A DNA stretch of 64,000 nucleotides from positions 2,439 to 66,438 of the forward strand of contig DATLAK010000182.1 in NCBI GenBank assembly GCA_035527535.1, read 5' to 3'. The notes under the pieces are model-generated. The model did no database searches, was not told the DNA's origin, and saw nothing but the letters and a program-made list of their open reading frames with translations. The position numbers and the translations under genes were made by a program. Source of the DNA: Armatimonadota bacterium (lineage in GTDB: Bacteria; Armatimonadota; Hebobacteria; GCA-020354555; CP070648). Below are positions 27,640 through 37,419 of this stretch, piece by piece (position 1 is the stretch's first letter; every line of letters starts with the position of its first letter).

Positions 27640-28908
27640 TCAGGCGCCCCGGCGCTCCCGCGCCAGGCGCGCGATCACCTCCATCACCCGCTGGGCGAGC
27701 TCGAGCTTGCTCATCAGCGGCAGCTCCTCCACGCGCCCATCGGGGAACACCAGGGCCGCCACATTCGTGTCCGCCGCGAAGCCCGCGCCCTCCACCGTCA
27801 CGTCATTGGCTACCATCAGGTCGAGGCGCTTGCGCGCAAGCTTGTCCTGGGCGCGCGCGATGAGGTCCGAGGTCTCCGCGGCAAAGCCAACCAGGACGCG
27901 CTCACCTTTGCGCTCGGCCACCCACGCCAGCAGGTCCGGCGTACGCTCCAGCTTGAGGGCGATGTGCGGCGCGGACTTAGTGATCTTGTGCGCCGCGGGT
28001 TCCTGGGGCGCATAGTCCGAGGGCGCGGCGGCGCCGATCACGACATCGGCGTGCTCCACATGCTGCTCCACCGCCGCCAGCATCTCCGCCGTCGTCTCCA
28101 CTCGCACCACCTGCGTCCCGGGCGGGTCCGGCAGGGCGGTGGGCCCGCTGACGAGAATCACGCGCGCCCCGCGGCCCGCCGCGGCTTGCGCCAGCGCATA
28201 ACCCATCTTGCCGGTGGAGCGATTGGAGATGAAGCGCACGGCGTCTATCGGTTCCCGCGTCGGCCCCGAGGTGATGAGCACCGTCAGGCCCTCGAGCGCC
28301 GGCCCCTTCGTTGCACTCAGGGCAAGCTCTGAGCGGCCCGCAGGGTCGCGCGCGCCGCCCAGGATGCGCTCCACCTCGGCCACCATCGCCGCCGGCTCGG
28401 GCAGGCGCCCCTGGCCCGTGGCGCCGCATGCCAGGTGGCCCTCGCCGCACTCCATGACGTGGTAGCCGAAGGCGCGCAGGCGCGCGAGGTTGTCCTGGGT
28501 CGCGCGATGCGCCAGCATGTGCTCATTCATCGCCGGGGCGATGATGACCGGCGCGCGGGTCGCCAGCGCAACCGCGGTCACCATGTTGTCGGCCAGGCCG
28601 GCGGCGAGCTTGGCGATGGTGTTGGCGCTCGCGGGCGCGACCAGGAACGCGTCGGCGCGATCGGCGAGCGCGACGTGCTTGATCTCCCAGTGCGCGGGCC
28701 GCTCGAACATGTCCGCGACTACCTCGTTGCCGGACAGGGTCGCGAAGGTAAGCGGCGAGATGAAGTGGGTGGCGGCCGCGGTCATGATGACGTGGACGTC
28801 GGCCCCGGCCTGGCGCAGGGCGCTGGCGACCCCGGCCACCTTGTAGGCGGCGATCCCGCCGGTGACGCCGATTGCTATGCACTTATCGCGCAAGTGGCAG
28901 TGGCTCAT
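27640..28908 (-). CDS. coaBC: bifunctional phosphopantothenoylcysteine decarboxylase/phosphopantothenate-cysteine ligase
   Basis: N-terminal flavoprotein [10 protein letters not shown] plus C-terminal DFP ligase domain; overlaps gmk by 4 nt. Confidence 0.9.
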   Translation of the reverse strand: MSHCHLRDKCIAIGVTGGIAAYKVAGVASALRQAGADVHVIMTAAATHFISPLTFATLSGNEVVADMFERPAHWEIKHVALADRADAFLVAPASANTIAKLAAGLADNMVTAVALATRAPVIIAPAMNEHMLAHRATQDNLARLRAFGYHVMECGEGHLACGATGQGRLPEPAAMVAEVERILGGARDPAGRSELALSATKGPALEGLTVLITSGPTREPIDAVRFISNRSTGKMGYALAQAAAGRGARVILVSGPTALPDPPGTQVVRVETTAEMLAAVEQHVEHADVVIGAAAPSDYAPQEPAAHKITKSAPHIALKLERTPDLLAWVAERKGERVLVGFAAETSDLIARAQDKLARKRLDLMVANDVTVEGAGFAADTNVAALVFPDGRVEELPLMSKLELAQRVMEVIARLARERRGA

Positions 28909-29561
28909 GGTGTGCGCTTAGCGCGGCTGGCGTCGGCGCGCAGGCGGTTCAGGTCCACCCGCTGGGGGCGGGCGTGTTCGGCGCGCACGATAGCGCGGAA
29001 CAGGTCCACCGCGTCGGCGAGGCGATCGTTGATGATGACGTAATCATATTCCTCGGCGCACTCGAGCTCGGCCCGCGCGACCTCCAGGCGACGGGTGAGC
29101 GCGTCGCCGGTTTCGCTCTGGCGGGCGCCGAGACGGGCCGCCAGCGCCTCCCAGGTCGGCGGCGCCGCGAACACCAGCACGGCTTCGGGGTAGAGGCCGC
29201 GAATGCTGCGCGCGCCCTTGACGTCCACCTCGAAGACCAGCGTTTCGCCGGCGGCGAGGTCGCGTTCCGCCTCCCGGCGGGGGGTGCCGTAGTAGTCATC
29301 CAGGTACTGCGCCCACTCCAGCAATTCGCCCGCGTCGCGCAGGCGGCGGAACTCGTCATGCGACTTGAAGTAGTAGCTCTTGCCCTCGACCTCGCCCGCG
29401 CGCGGGGCGCGGGTGGTGGCCGACACGGCGCGCCGCAGGCCCGGCAAGCGGTCGCCGGCGCCGGCGACGATGGCGCCCTTGCCCACGCCCGAGGGGCCGG
29501 AGATGACGACCAGAAGCCCGGCGCCGCCCGCCGAGCGCTGCTTGCGCGGAGGAGGCGTCAC
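28905..29561 (-). CDS. gmk: guanylate kinase
   Basis: P-loop ISGPSGVGKG, GMP-binding residues. Confidence 0.85.
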   Translation of the reverse strand: MTPPPRKQRSAGGAGLLVVISGPSGVGKGAIVAGAGDRLPGLRRAVSATTRAPRAGEVEGKSYYFKSHDEFRRLRDAGELLEWAQYLDDYYGTPRREAERDLAAGETLVFEVDVKGARSIRGLYPEAVLVFAAPPTWEALAARLGARQSETGDALTRRLEVARAELECAEEYDYVIINDRLADAVDLFRAIVRAEHARPQRVDLNRLRADASRAKRTP

Positions 29562-29797
29562 AGGGGGACCTTGAGGTTGTTGACGACGTCGCGCACAGCC
29601 TTCATGCGGCGAATGACTTCCTCGATGATCTCGCGCTCCCGGCGCAGATCGAGCCGCATCCCCCGCACGGCGCGTAGCTCCCCCTCCAGGTGCACGACGA
29701 AGTTGACCACGCTGACGTTGATCTGGTTCGACTCGATGTCGCGCTTGACCAGCTCTTTTTGGATGTCCCGGCGCAGCCGGGTATCGGCAAGGGTCAT
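29558..29797 (-). CDS. small BON-domain protein
   Basis: INVSVVNFVVHLEGEL...VRDVVNNLKV resembles BON consensus; start-coupled to gmk. Confidence 0.4.
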   Translation of the reverse strand: MTLADTRLRRDIQKELVKRDIESNQINVSVVNFVVHLEGELRAVRGMRLDLRREREIIEEVIRRMKAVRDVVNNLKVPL

Positions 29798-29892
29798 GAC
29801 TCTTCCCCCGCGCAGCCGCGAGGATTATAGTTATCAGCGCCGAGCCGTGTCAAGGAACGGTTGCCAGGCGTCTGTGCGAGATTGCGCGTTTT

Positions 29893-29943
29893 CCCCGACG
29901 CGTCGGGGCGACCACGTAGGGGCAAGGCATGCCTTGCCCCTAC
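29893..29943. terminator. tandem GC hairpins CCCCGACGCGTCGGGG and GTAGGGGCAAGGCATGCCTTGCCCCTAC (family B) downstream of DUF1844 gene
   Basis: Two perfect palindromes; second shares GTAGGGGC...GCCCCTAC arms with 17270 and 46138 copies. Confidence 0.5.
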
Positions 29944-29953
29944 TGTGCCACCC

Positions 29954-30048
29954 GTGGCTAGGCCCAAAGGCCGCCGTGGCGGGCAAAGCCCTAGCCACCG
30001 CCACGGCGGTCGCAATGCGACCTAGCCGCCGGTCTCTGACCTAGGGAC
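29954..30048. repeat. left copy of ~70-95 bp inverted repeat pair
   Basis: 48-nt core 29998-30045 is exact reverse complement of 31697-31744; contains GGTCGCAATGCGACC palindrome. Confidence 0.85.
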
Positions 30049-30059
30049 CGGGATCGTTC

Positions 30060-30515
30060 TCACGCGCCCTGGGCGCCCTGGCGCACGAAGTTGATCCGCA
30101 AGTCGTTCAGAGCCTGCTGCAGCTGGCGCGCCTGCGCCTCGGGCATGCCCGCCTGCGACTGCTTGAGCAGAGCCTCGATGCAGTCAATGGCGACCCGCGC
30201 CTGGGCCAGATCCCGTTCGACGCTCTTGGTCACGGGGTTCATCACCAGCCCCATCCACTGCCAGGCGTGGCCGTTGAGGAGCGCGATGCAGTACTGGACG
30301 ACGCCGTACACGTCAATGGATTCCAGCTCCGGCGCCTGCTCGCCCTCCTCGGCCTGCTCAGCACCGGGGCGGCTCCCCGTGTCTGCCGGCGCCTCCGCAG
30401 GGTGCTCGTCCGCCGCTTGCCCGTTTGCCTGGCCTCCCCCTTCGCTCGCCGCCCCCTGGCGCTTGTCCACGACGCGGAATCCCGGGTCCAGTTCGTCCTG
30501 TTTCTCATCTGACAT
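30060..30515 (-). CDS. DUF1844 domain protein
   Basis: VVQYCIALLNGHAWQWMGLVMNPVT...DLAQARVAIDCIEAL resembles recalled DUF1844 consensus; acidic N-terminus. Confidence 0.45.
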   Translation of the reverse strand: MSDEKQDELDPGFRVVDKRQGAASEGGGQANGQAADEHPAEAPADTGSRPGAEQAEEGEQAPELESIDVYGVVQYCIALLNGHAWQWMGLVMNPVTKSVERDLAQARVAIDCIEALLKQSQAGMPEAQARQLQQALNDLRINFVRQGAQGA

Positions 30516-30558
30516 GACCTCACCTCCGCCTACCTGTGGTACTGGGCGGCCGCCGGCG

Positions 30559-31677
30559 TCAGAACCTGATGCGCTGGCGGCGCATGGCGATGCTCAGCAG
30601 CAGGCCCACCGCCGCCATGCTCGCGACCATGCTGCTGCCCCCATAGCTGAAAAACGGTAGCGGCAGTCCGGTGATCGGCATGATGCTGACCGTCATGCCG
30701 ATATTGACCAGCACCTGCAGCGCAAACATGGCGACGATGCCGCCCGCAAGCAGCATTCCCAGCGCGTCGTCGGCGTGATCCATGATCGCGAGCCCGCGCC
30801 ACAGCACGACCAGGTACAACGCGAGCAGGCACGCGGCGCCGACGAACCCAAGTTCCTCGCCCACCACGGTGAAGATGAAGTCGGTGTGCTGGGAGGGGAT
30901 GAAACGAAGCTGGCTCTGCGTGCCCCCCAGATAGCCCTTGCCCCACCAGCGCCCCGAGCCGACGGCGATCTTGGACTGGATGACGTGGTAGCCGCTGCCG
31001 AGCGGATCCACGCCCGGGTTGAGGAAAACCGACAGGCGCGCCTTCTGGTAGGGCCGCAGCACATCGAGCTTCCACGCGCCCGCAAACAGCAGCGCCAGGG
31101 CCAGCGCCGCCACCCCCAGATGGAGCTTGCGCGCCCCCGCCAGGAAAAGCATGACGAACCACAATGCCACCAGCACCAGCGCCGTCCCCAGGTCGGGTTG
31201 CAGCGCGATCAGCGCGGCCGGCGCCGCGACGTGCATCACCGTCACCGCGATCGTGCCCAGCCGCGTCACGGTTTGCCGCCGGCGAGCCAGCAGCGCGGCC
31301 AGGGTCATGATCAACCCCACTTTGGCGAGCTCCGATGGCTGCAGCCGGAAGCCGCCGATGCTCACCCAGCGCGCCGCCCCCCCCGCGGACTGGCCCCGCC
31401 ACATCACCCCCAGCAGACCGATGATGACGACAACGTAGATCAGGCGGTGGCGGCGGGCCGGCCCCCGATAGTCTACACCTGCGCAGGCTGCCGCTGTCGC
31501 CAATCCCACCCCCAGCCACCAGGCCTGGCGCTTGACGAAGAAGAACGCGTCGCCGCCGGTAAGGGAGCGGTTGGAGAAGCTGGCGCTGTAGATCATCGCC
31601 AGCCCGTAGAGGGCCAGCGCCATGGTCGCCGCGATCAGCGCCCAGTCGAGGTGCTTGAGCAAGCGCCGTTCGAACAT
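30559..31677 (-). CDS. SEDS family peptidoglycan glycosyltransferase (FtsW/RodA/SpoVE)
   Basis: 10-TM profile, conserved extracytoplasmic loop and C-terminal SEDS pattern; alternative overlapping frame 30530-31693 rejected. Confidence 0.8.
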   Translation of the reverse strand: MFERRLLKHLDWALIAATMALALYGLAMIYSASFSNRSLTGGDAFFFVKRQAWWLGVGLATAAACAGVDYRGPARRHRLIYVVVIIGLLGVMWRGQSAGGAARWVSIGGFRLQPSELAKVGLIMTLAALLARRRQTVTRLGTIAVTVMHVAAPAALIALQPDLGTALVLVALWFVMLFLAGARKLHLGVAALALALLFAGAWKLDVLRPYQKARLSVFLNPGVDPLGSGYHVIQSKIAVGSGRWWGKGYLGGTQSQLRFIPSQHTDFIFTVVGEELGFVGAACLLALYLVVLWRGLAIMDHADDALGMLLAGGIVAMFALQVLVNIGMTVSIMPITGLPLPFFSYGGSSMVASMAAVGLLLSIAMRRQRIRF

Positions 31678-31696
31678 CTCGTCCCCGCATCATGTC

Positions 31697-31768
31697 CCTA
31701 GGTCAGAGACCGGCGGCTAGGTCGCATTGCGACCGCCGTGGCGGCCCTCCGGGTCTAGCCACTCGCAC
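31697..31768. repeat. right copy of inverted repeat pair (reverse orientation)
   Basis: Reverse complement of 29998-30045 plus diverged flank; lies in 5' leader of SEDS gene. Confidence 0.85.
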
Positions 31769-31795
31769 GGGCCGACGCCCTCATCGCGGATTCTC

Positions 31796-32992
31796 TCACA
31801 CCCCCCCCTTGCCCGGATAGAGGGGCGACATCGCCCGCAGCTTCTCGACCATCGGCGGCAGCGCCTCGATCACGGCGGCGATTTCCTCCTCGGTGTTGTC
31901 GTGGCCCAGGGACAGGCGCAGGGAGCCGTGGGCGACGTCGTGCTCGAGGCCGATGGCGAGCAGGACGTGGGAGGCCTCGAGCGAGCCGGAGGTGCAGGCG
32001 GAGCCGCTGGAGGCGGCGATGCCGGCGGCGTCGAGATTGAGGAGCATGGACTCGCCCTCGACGTAGCGGATACAGACGCTGGCGTTGTTGGGCAGGCGTT
32101 GGGTGGGGTGGCCGGTGCGAACGGTGTCGGCGATGGCGCGCTCGATACCCTCGAGCAGGCGGTCGCGCAGCGCCGCCTGGCGGGGGGCCTCGGCGGGCAT
32201 GTCCTCGAGCGCCAGACGCGCGGCCTCGCCGAGGCCGGCGATGCCGGGGACGTTTTCGGTGCCGGAGCGCAGGCCGCGCTCGTGGCCCCCGCCGTAGATG
32301 AGGGGGGTGATGCGCACCCCCTTGCGCTTGTAGAGCGCCCCCACCCCCTTGGGGCCGTAGAGCTTGTGCGCGGACAGGGACAGCAGATCAACGTTCAGCG
32401 CCGCGACGTCGAGCGGGATATGGCCCACGCTCTGCACGGCGTCGGTGTGGAAGATGACACCGCGCTCGCGGCATACCCGGCCGATGTCGGCGATGGGCTC
32501 GATGGTGCCGATCTCGTTATTGGCGTGCATGACCGAGACCAGGATGGTATCGTCGTTGATCGCGGCGGCGACCTGGTCGGGGGTGACCATGCCGTGTCGG
32601 TCCACCGGCAGGTAGGTGATCCGCGCGCCGCGCTTCGCCAGCGCCTGACAGCTGTGCAGCACCGCATGGTGCTCGATGGTGGTGGTGATGATGTGAGTGC
32701 CCTGGTCGCGGCGCGCGTGGAAGACGCCGAAGAGGGCCATGGTATCGGCCTCGGAGCCGCCGCTGGTGAAGAAGATCTCCTCCGGCTGGGCGCCGATGAG
32801 CGCCGCCAGCGACGTCCTTCCTTCCTCCACCGCCCGCGCCGCCTCCTGGCCGAAGCCGTGGATGCTGGAGGGGTTGCCGAACTGGCCCTCCAGGTAAGGC
32901 AGCATGGCGTCGCGCACCCGCGGGTGAACGGGGGTGGTGGCGGCATGATCGAGATATACGCGTGCCAAGGTCTTCTCCGTCGGGGCCTGCAA
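31796..32992 (-). CDS. cysteine desulfurase (NifS/IscS class V aminotransferase)
   Basis: VYLDHAATTP..., PLP-Lys region SAHKLYGPKG, active-site SGSACTSG. Confidence 0.8.
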   Translation of the reverse strand: MQAPTEKTLARVYLDHAATTPVHPRVRDAMLPYLEGQFGNPSSIHGFGQEAARAVEEGRTSLAALIGAQPEEIFFTSGGSEADTMALFGVFHARRDQGTHIITTTIEHHAVLHSCQALAKRGARITYLPVDRHGMVTPDQVAAAINDDTILVSVMHANNEIGTIEPIADIGRVCRERGVIFHTDAVQSVGHIPLDVAALNVDLLSLSAHKLYGPKGVGALYKRKGVRITPLIYGGGHERGLRSGTENVPGIAGLGEAARLALEDMPAEAPRQAALRDRLLEGIERAIADTVRTGHPTQRLPNNASVCIRYVEGESMLLNLDAAGIAASSGSACTSGSLEASHVLLAIGLEHDVAHGSLRLSLGHDNTEEEIAAVIEALPPMVEKLRAMSPLYPGKGGV

Positions 32993-33089
32993 CCCGAAGT
33001 GCGAGATATTGTGTCAGGCGCCGGCACGGCGCCGCGGACGATGGATTCGGCGGCAATAGGCCGCGGCCCTGTCGCGCGAGCACCACCGG

Positions 33090-33977
33090 CTACGTGGGAT
33101 GGGACTTGCGCAGGAAGCGCGTGAGCGACACCGCCGTTGCCAGGCCGGCGGCGAGCAGCCCGCCGATAACCAGCAGCACGCCGCAGTCAACGAGCACGCT
33201 CAGCGGCGCCAGGGGGAACAGCGTCAGGATCCTGGCCAGCGCGTGGCGGGCCCAGACGTAGCCGGGCACGAGCACGCACAGCGCGATGAGCGCGCCGGCG
33301 AGACCGTAGAATACTCCCTCCAAGAGGAACGGCGCGGCGACGAAGGCCGGGGTCGCGCCCACCAGCTGCATGATGCCGATTTCCCTGCGGCGAGCGAGCA
33401 GCGCGAGGCGGATGGTATTGTGCACGATGAGCATCGCCGCCAGCGTCAGGAGCACCCCCGCGCCGACGCTGGCGCGGGTAACGATGCGGCGCACGGTGAG
33501 CAGGATGCGGATGGTGGACTCCGCATGCACCACTTTGCGCACCGCGGGCCAGGTCGCTACCGTCGCCGCCACCGCCGCCACCCGGCCGGCGTCATCGGTG
33601 CGCACGTGAATGGCGTCGGGCAGGGGGTTGCCCACGCCCTCGAATAGCCCGGGGTCGAAGTGGTAGCTCTCCTGGAACCGGCGCAGCCCCGCCTCGCGCG
33701 GGACGAACTCGGTGTGGACGACATGCGGCAGCGCACTGATGCGCCGCTGCAGCGCGAGGGCGTCGGCGCGCGAAAGGTCGCGCCTGGCATAGACGTAGAT
33801 CTCGACCTCGCTCACCGCCGTGCGCGTCCAGGCGTTGACATTGAGCAGGGCCAGGCCGGCGGCGCCGACGATGGACAGCGTCACCGCGATGGTGGAGGTC
33901 GCGGCGACGCTCATCAGGCTGTGCCGTCGCATGTTGGCGAGCGCCCGCTGCAGCGCGAAGTCAAGGGTGCGTAGCAT
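33090..33977 (-). CDS. ftsX: cell division permease-like protein
   Basis: N-terminal TM, extracytoplasmic domain, three C-terminal TMs; overlapped by ftsE upstream. Confidence 0.75.
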   Translation of the reverse strand: MLRTLDFALQRALANMRRHSLMSVAATSTIAVTLSIVGAAGLALLNVNAWTRTAVSEVEIYVYARRDLSRADALALQRRISALPHVVHTEFVPREAGLRRFQESYHFDPGLFEGVGNPLPDAIHVRTDDAGRVAAVAATVATWPAVRKVVHAESTIRILLTVRRIVTRASVGAGVLLTLAAMLIVHNTIRLALLARRREIGIMQLVGATPAFVAAPFLLEGVFYGLAGALIALCVLVPGYVWARHALARILTLFPLAPLSVLVDCGVLLVIGGLLAAGLATAVSLTRFLRKSHPT

Positions 33978-34650
33978 AGTAGTAGCCCCGCGGGACGTCG
34001 CGGACGATGCGACCCCGGTGCAGCGACATGACGCGCTTGTTGAGGGCGTCCACGATGTAGCGGTCGTGGGTGGCGACGATCACGGTGGTGCCGCGGACGT
34101 TGATGTCGCGCAGCAGCAAGATGATGTCGAGCGAGGTGTCGGGATCGAGGTTGCCGGTCGGTTCGTCGGCGAGCAGGATGGGCGGATGGTTGGCGATGGC
34201 GCGGGCGATGCACGCCCGCTGCTGCTCGCCGCCCGACAACTCATCCGGGAAGGCATCTGTACGGTGCCCGAGCCCGACCTGGCGCAGCACCTCCTGCGCC
34301 TGCCGGCGCATGTCGCGTCGGGGCACGGCCATCGCCTCCAGCGCGAACAGAATGTTCTCGGTGATGGTCTGGTCGGACAGCAACCGGAAGTCCTGAAACA
34401 CGACGCCGACGCGTCGCCGCAGGTGCGGCACCCGCCGCCGCGGCAGGCGCCCGATGTCAGTGCCGGCGACGATCACGCGCCCGCTGGTGGGAACCTGCTC
34501 GCGGTAGATGAGCTTGAGAACAGTGGTCTTCCCCTCACCCGTGGGGCCGACGAGGAAGACGAACTCGCCCTTGTCGATGTGAACGTTGATGTCGTGGAGA
34601 GCCTCGACATCGTTATCGTAGACGAACGAAACGCGTTCGAAGTCTATCAC
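33961..34650 (-). CDS. ftsE: cell division ATP-binding protein
   Basis: Walker A GPTGEGKTT, LSGGEQQR signature, Walker B ILLADEPTGNLD. Confidence 0.85.
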   Translation of the reverse strand: MIDFERVSFVYDNDVEALHDINVHIDKGEFVFLVGPTGEGKTTVLKLIYREQVPTSGRVIVAGTDIGRLPRRRVPHLRRRVGVVFQDFRLLSDQTITENILFALEAMAVPRRDMRRQAQEVLRQVGLGHRTDAFPDELSGGEQQRACIARAIANHPPILLADEPTGNLDPDTSLDIILLLRDINVRGTTVIVATHDRYIVDALNKRVMSLHRGRIVRDVPRGYYYATHP

Positions 34651-34743
34651 GGCCTGCGCTCCGCGAAGATTATAGCCGAGGAAAGGAGCGAGGGCAATCC
34701 CGATGGGCCGGGGGCAGCCGGCGCCGGCCGCCGCGGCTGCCTA

Positions 34744-35103
34744 TCATGGCCCCGTCACCGCCTCGAGCACCGCGGACACTTCGGCCAGCGCCGCCTTGGC
34801 CCGGTCCCAGTCCGGCGGCAGGGGATTGACGGCGCTCGCCTCGACGCGCCGCGCTACGTCGTGGAGCCGAGCCAGGGCCTCCTGGGCGATGCGACGCAGC
34901 CGGGCGTCCTCGGCACGGCCGTCGAAGTAGTCGTAGAGGTAGTTGTAGATCGGGAAGACGTCGGTGACCGGAAACCAGCGGGCGCTCTTGTCGCTGTGGA
35001 TCGCCTCAGCCGCGGTGCGCGCGCGCTTGCGCAAGGGCGAAACCGGGACCTCACCCTTCCTGCGCTGCCGATGCTTGCCGCGCCGGAAGATGCTGGCGCA
35101 CAT
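34744..35103 (-). CDS. hypothetical protein
   Basis: Only candidate in a 570-bp gap; no recognisable motif. Confidence 0.2.
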   Translation of the reverse strand: MCASIFRRGKHRQRRKGEVPVSPLRKRARTAAEAIHSDKSARWFPVTDVFPIYNYLYDYFDGRAEDARLRRIAQEALARLHDVARRVEASAVNPLPPDWDRAKAALAEVSAVLEAVTGP

Positions 35104-35221
35104 AGGATGGCGATTCGCCGCCCCGCGCCGACCTCCTTCCCGACACCGCGCGCGACCCGGCTTCGCCTAGGCCGCGCGGGGGGCGCGGCGCGGCCGGCCG
35201 GCGAGGTCAGCGGCGGCTTCC

Positions 35222-36601
35222 TCATCCGACGCTGACCGCATAGACGGTCGCCTGCCGCAGCCGCAGCCGCAGCATCACCGGTTTCCCCATCAGCGGCGTC
35301 AGCTCGCCTTTCCAGCTCAGCGCTCCCGCCGGCTGATCGCCGACAATCGGCCGGCAATCCGCAAAGTCGAATCCGGCCGCGATCTTCCCATCGCAGATGA
35401 GTGCGGCGCGCGCTTCGCCGCCGGGCGCGGTCTCGGCATTGACGGAGAGGCCTCCCTCCAGCGCAAACGGCTGCAGGCTGAAGGCGAACTCGTCATCGGC
35501 GTGAATGCCCTGGAAGCGGTCGCGCGGTAAGGTCACCATGCCTAGGGCGCCCTGATACTGGATCTGCGAGGGGGAGGCTTCGCCGTGCTTGTAGGAAACG
35601 CCGTGGTAGTAGATGGCGAGGCCGCGGCGGAAGGGGAGGACGCCCGGCGCGGTGTAGATGCCGCCGCGGTCGAAGGGCGCGGGGCCGTTGGGAATGAACG
35701 ACGCGCGGTCAAAGCGGTCGAAGGCGATACCGTCGCGACTGGTGGCGAGCTGAACGTAGAGGTCGTCGCGGTCGTGGTTAAAGACGGAGGTGAAGATGAA
35801 ATAGGCGCTGTCGCCGCCGCTCTCATAGCGGCTGGCGGCGTTGTTATACAGATCGGCGCCCGGGGCGTCCAGATGGTCGCAGCGGATGATGGTGCGCGGC
35901 GCGGGCCAGTTATAGAAGTCGTTCGTTTCCGACCGCCCGATGCACCGTGCGTAGCCTGGTTCCCAGGTGCGGAAATAGCCCACATACTGCCGCCGTGACG
36001 GGTCCCAGAAGACCACCGTCTGCGTGTCGCTGGCGTGCGCCAGCAGCGTGGGCGGGCCGTCCCAGCAGCTGTGGCGCCGCGCCTGCCAGTGCAGGCCGTC
36101 GTCGGAGTAGGCCTGCACCACGGCGCAGCCCCAACCGTCGAAATACCCCTTCATCTGTCCCATGTAGATGAGCTTGTAGCGTTCCTGCTCCGGAGCGGTC
36201 GGATCAAGAAAGACGCTGCTGCCGTGTAAGCCGTAGCCGTAGAAGGCCGTTTCCCCGGCGATGAGGATATTGTTCGCCGTCGCCCCCCGATACTCGACCA
36301 GTCCCAGCTCGGGCTTGTGCCAGCTCAGGCCGTCATCGCTTTCCGCGTAGCACAACTGGCCCTCGCTATCATGGGCATAGGTTTCGCCCCATGCCTCGTA
36401 CCAACAGCGGTAGCGGCCGCCGTCATGGAGCACGGTATGCCAGCCGGTGGACATCGCCTCCCAAGGCTTGTCGGCGGTGAGCAGCGGCTCCGCGTGCTTC
36501 GCTGGCGGGCAGACGCGGAAGCGGAACCTCCCCTCCGGCGCCCAGTCGCCGAAATCCCAGTGCAACCACTTGCGGTCAGCCAGCAAGAAAGTGCGGGCCA
36601 T
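35222..36601 (-). CDS. BNR/Asp-box repeat glycoside hydrolase-like protein (sialidase-like beta-propeller)
   Basis: Repeated S-x-D-x-G-x-x-W/F boxes (SDDGLSWH, SDDGLHWQ, SRDGIAFD); no signal peptide examined. Confidence 0.4.
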   Translation of the reverse strand: MARTFLLADRKWLHWDFGDWAPEGRFRFRVCPPAKHAEPLLTADKPWEAMSTGWHTVLHDGGRYRCWYEAWGETYAHDSEGQLCYAESDDGLSWHKPELGLVEYRGATANNILIAGETAFYGYGLHGSSVFLDPTAPEQERYKLIYMGQMKGYFDGWGCAVVQAYSDDGLHWQARRHSCWDGPPTLLAHASDTQTVVFWDPSRRQYVGYFRTWEPGYARCIGRSETNDFYNWPAPRTIIRCDHLDAPGADLYNNAASRYESGGDSAYFIFTSVFNHDRDDLYVQLATSRDGIAFDRFDRASFIPNGPAPFDRGGIYTAPGVLPFRRGLAIYYHGVSYKHGEASPSQIQYQGALGMVTLPRDRFQGIHADDEFAFSLQPFALEGGLSVNAETAPGGEARAALICDGKIAAGFDFADCRPIVGDQPAGALSWKGELTPLMGKPVMLRLRLRQATVYAVSVG

Positions 36602-36936
36602 CGCGGTCTCCCTTCAGGGTGGCAGCCTTCTTCCCCAGCAAAGCGCCTTATCCTGCCCGGCATCGCTCCCACCTCGGTTAGCTGCGCGCGGTGCCGGACC
36701 GCATCCGGCCTCCGGGAAGGTTCCCCGCGCGCGGCGCAGAAGATCGGAGGCCGAACATGTGACACCGCCGCCTCGCGCGATCATTCCCTAGCTTACCAGC
36801 CCCTATACCGCCTCCCGGCTGAAGGCCGGGGAGGGCGTGTCCGGCGATGATGGGGGTGCAAGGCGCAGTGGGGCTAGCCCCCCGGTGGGTCGAGGTGATC
36901 AGGTGACGCCTGGACATGCCGGGGCTCTGGCCGGAA

Positions 36937-37389
36937 TCACGGATGATTCAGTCTGGGCGGCGGGATCTCCGTGCCCAGCCCTCGCAGCGCTCGCCGCAGG
37001 ATCGGGCGCAGGTTGCGATACCCCAGCATGGACAGCGCCTGCCCGGGGACGAACCAGCCGGCGTCGCGCACGCGCTCGGCGCGCATGGGGGTGACCTCGG
37101 CTCCGGGCGCGGCCGCCATCAGGAACCAGCGCACGGTCTTCTTGTAGATGTCGTCGCCGCGGGCGAACCGATACTTGCTGGCGCCCAGGTCCGCGACGAT
37201 CCGCACGTCGGCGAGGCCGATCTCCTCCCGCACCTCACGGCGGGCGGTGTCGGGGAGCGCCTCCCCCGTTTCCACCTTGCCCTTGGGAAAGGTCCACGCA
37301 TCGTAGTCGTCGAGGATCAAGCACACCTGCACGTCTTGCCCCCGGCGGCGAACGACGATGCCGCCGGCCGATGTCTGGGAATGTATCAT
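36937..37389 (-). CDS. NUDIX hydrolase
   Basis: Nudix box GKVETGEALPDTARREVREEIGL. Confidence 0.75.
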   Translation of the reverse strand: MIHSQTSAGGIVVRRRGQDVQVCLILDDYDAWTFPKGKVETGEALPDTARREVREEIGLADVRIVADLGASKYRFARGDDIYKKTVRWFLMAAAPGAEVTPMRAERVRDAGWFVPGQALSMLGYRNLRPILRRALRGLGTEIPPPRLNHP

Positions 37390-37419
37390 CTCAGTTCGCG
37401 CGCCGGCCGCGGAGGGTGT

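Noticed and set aside
30530-31693. Alternative 387-aa frame overlapping the SEDS gene
   Set aside because: The chosen frame (30559-31677) gives a 10-TM FtsW/RodA-like protein; the alternative is Arg/Gly-rich.
34744-35103. Confident call for the 119-aa ORF in the ftsE-glycosidase gap
   Set aside because: Kept only as a low-confidence hypothetical; no motif, weak start context; region may simply be a long leader of ftsEX.
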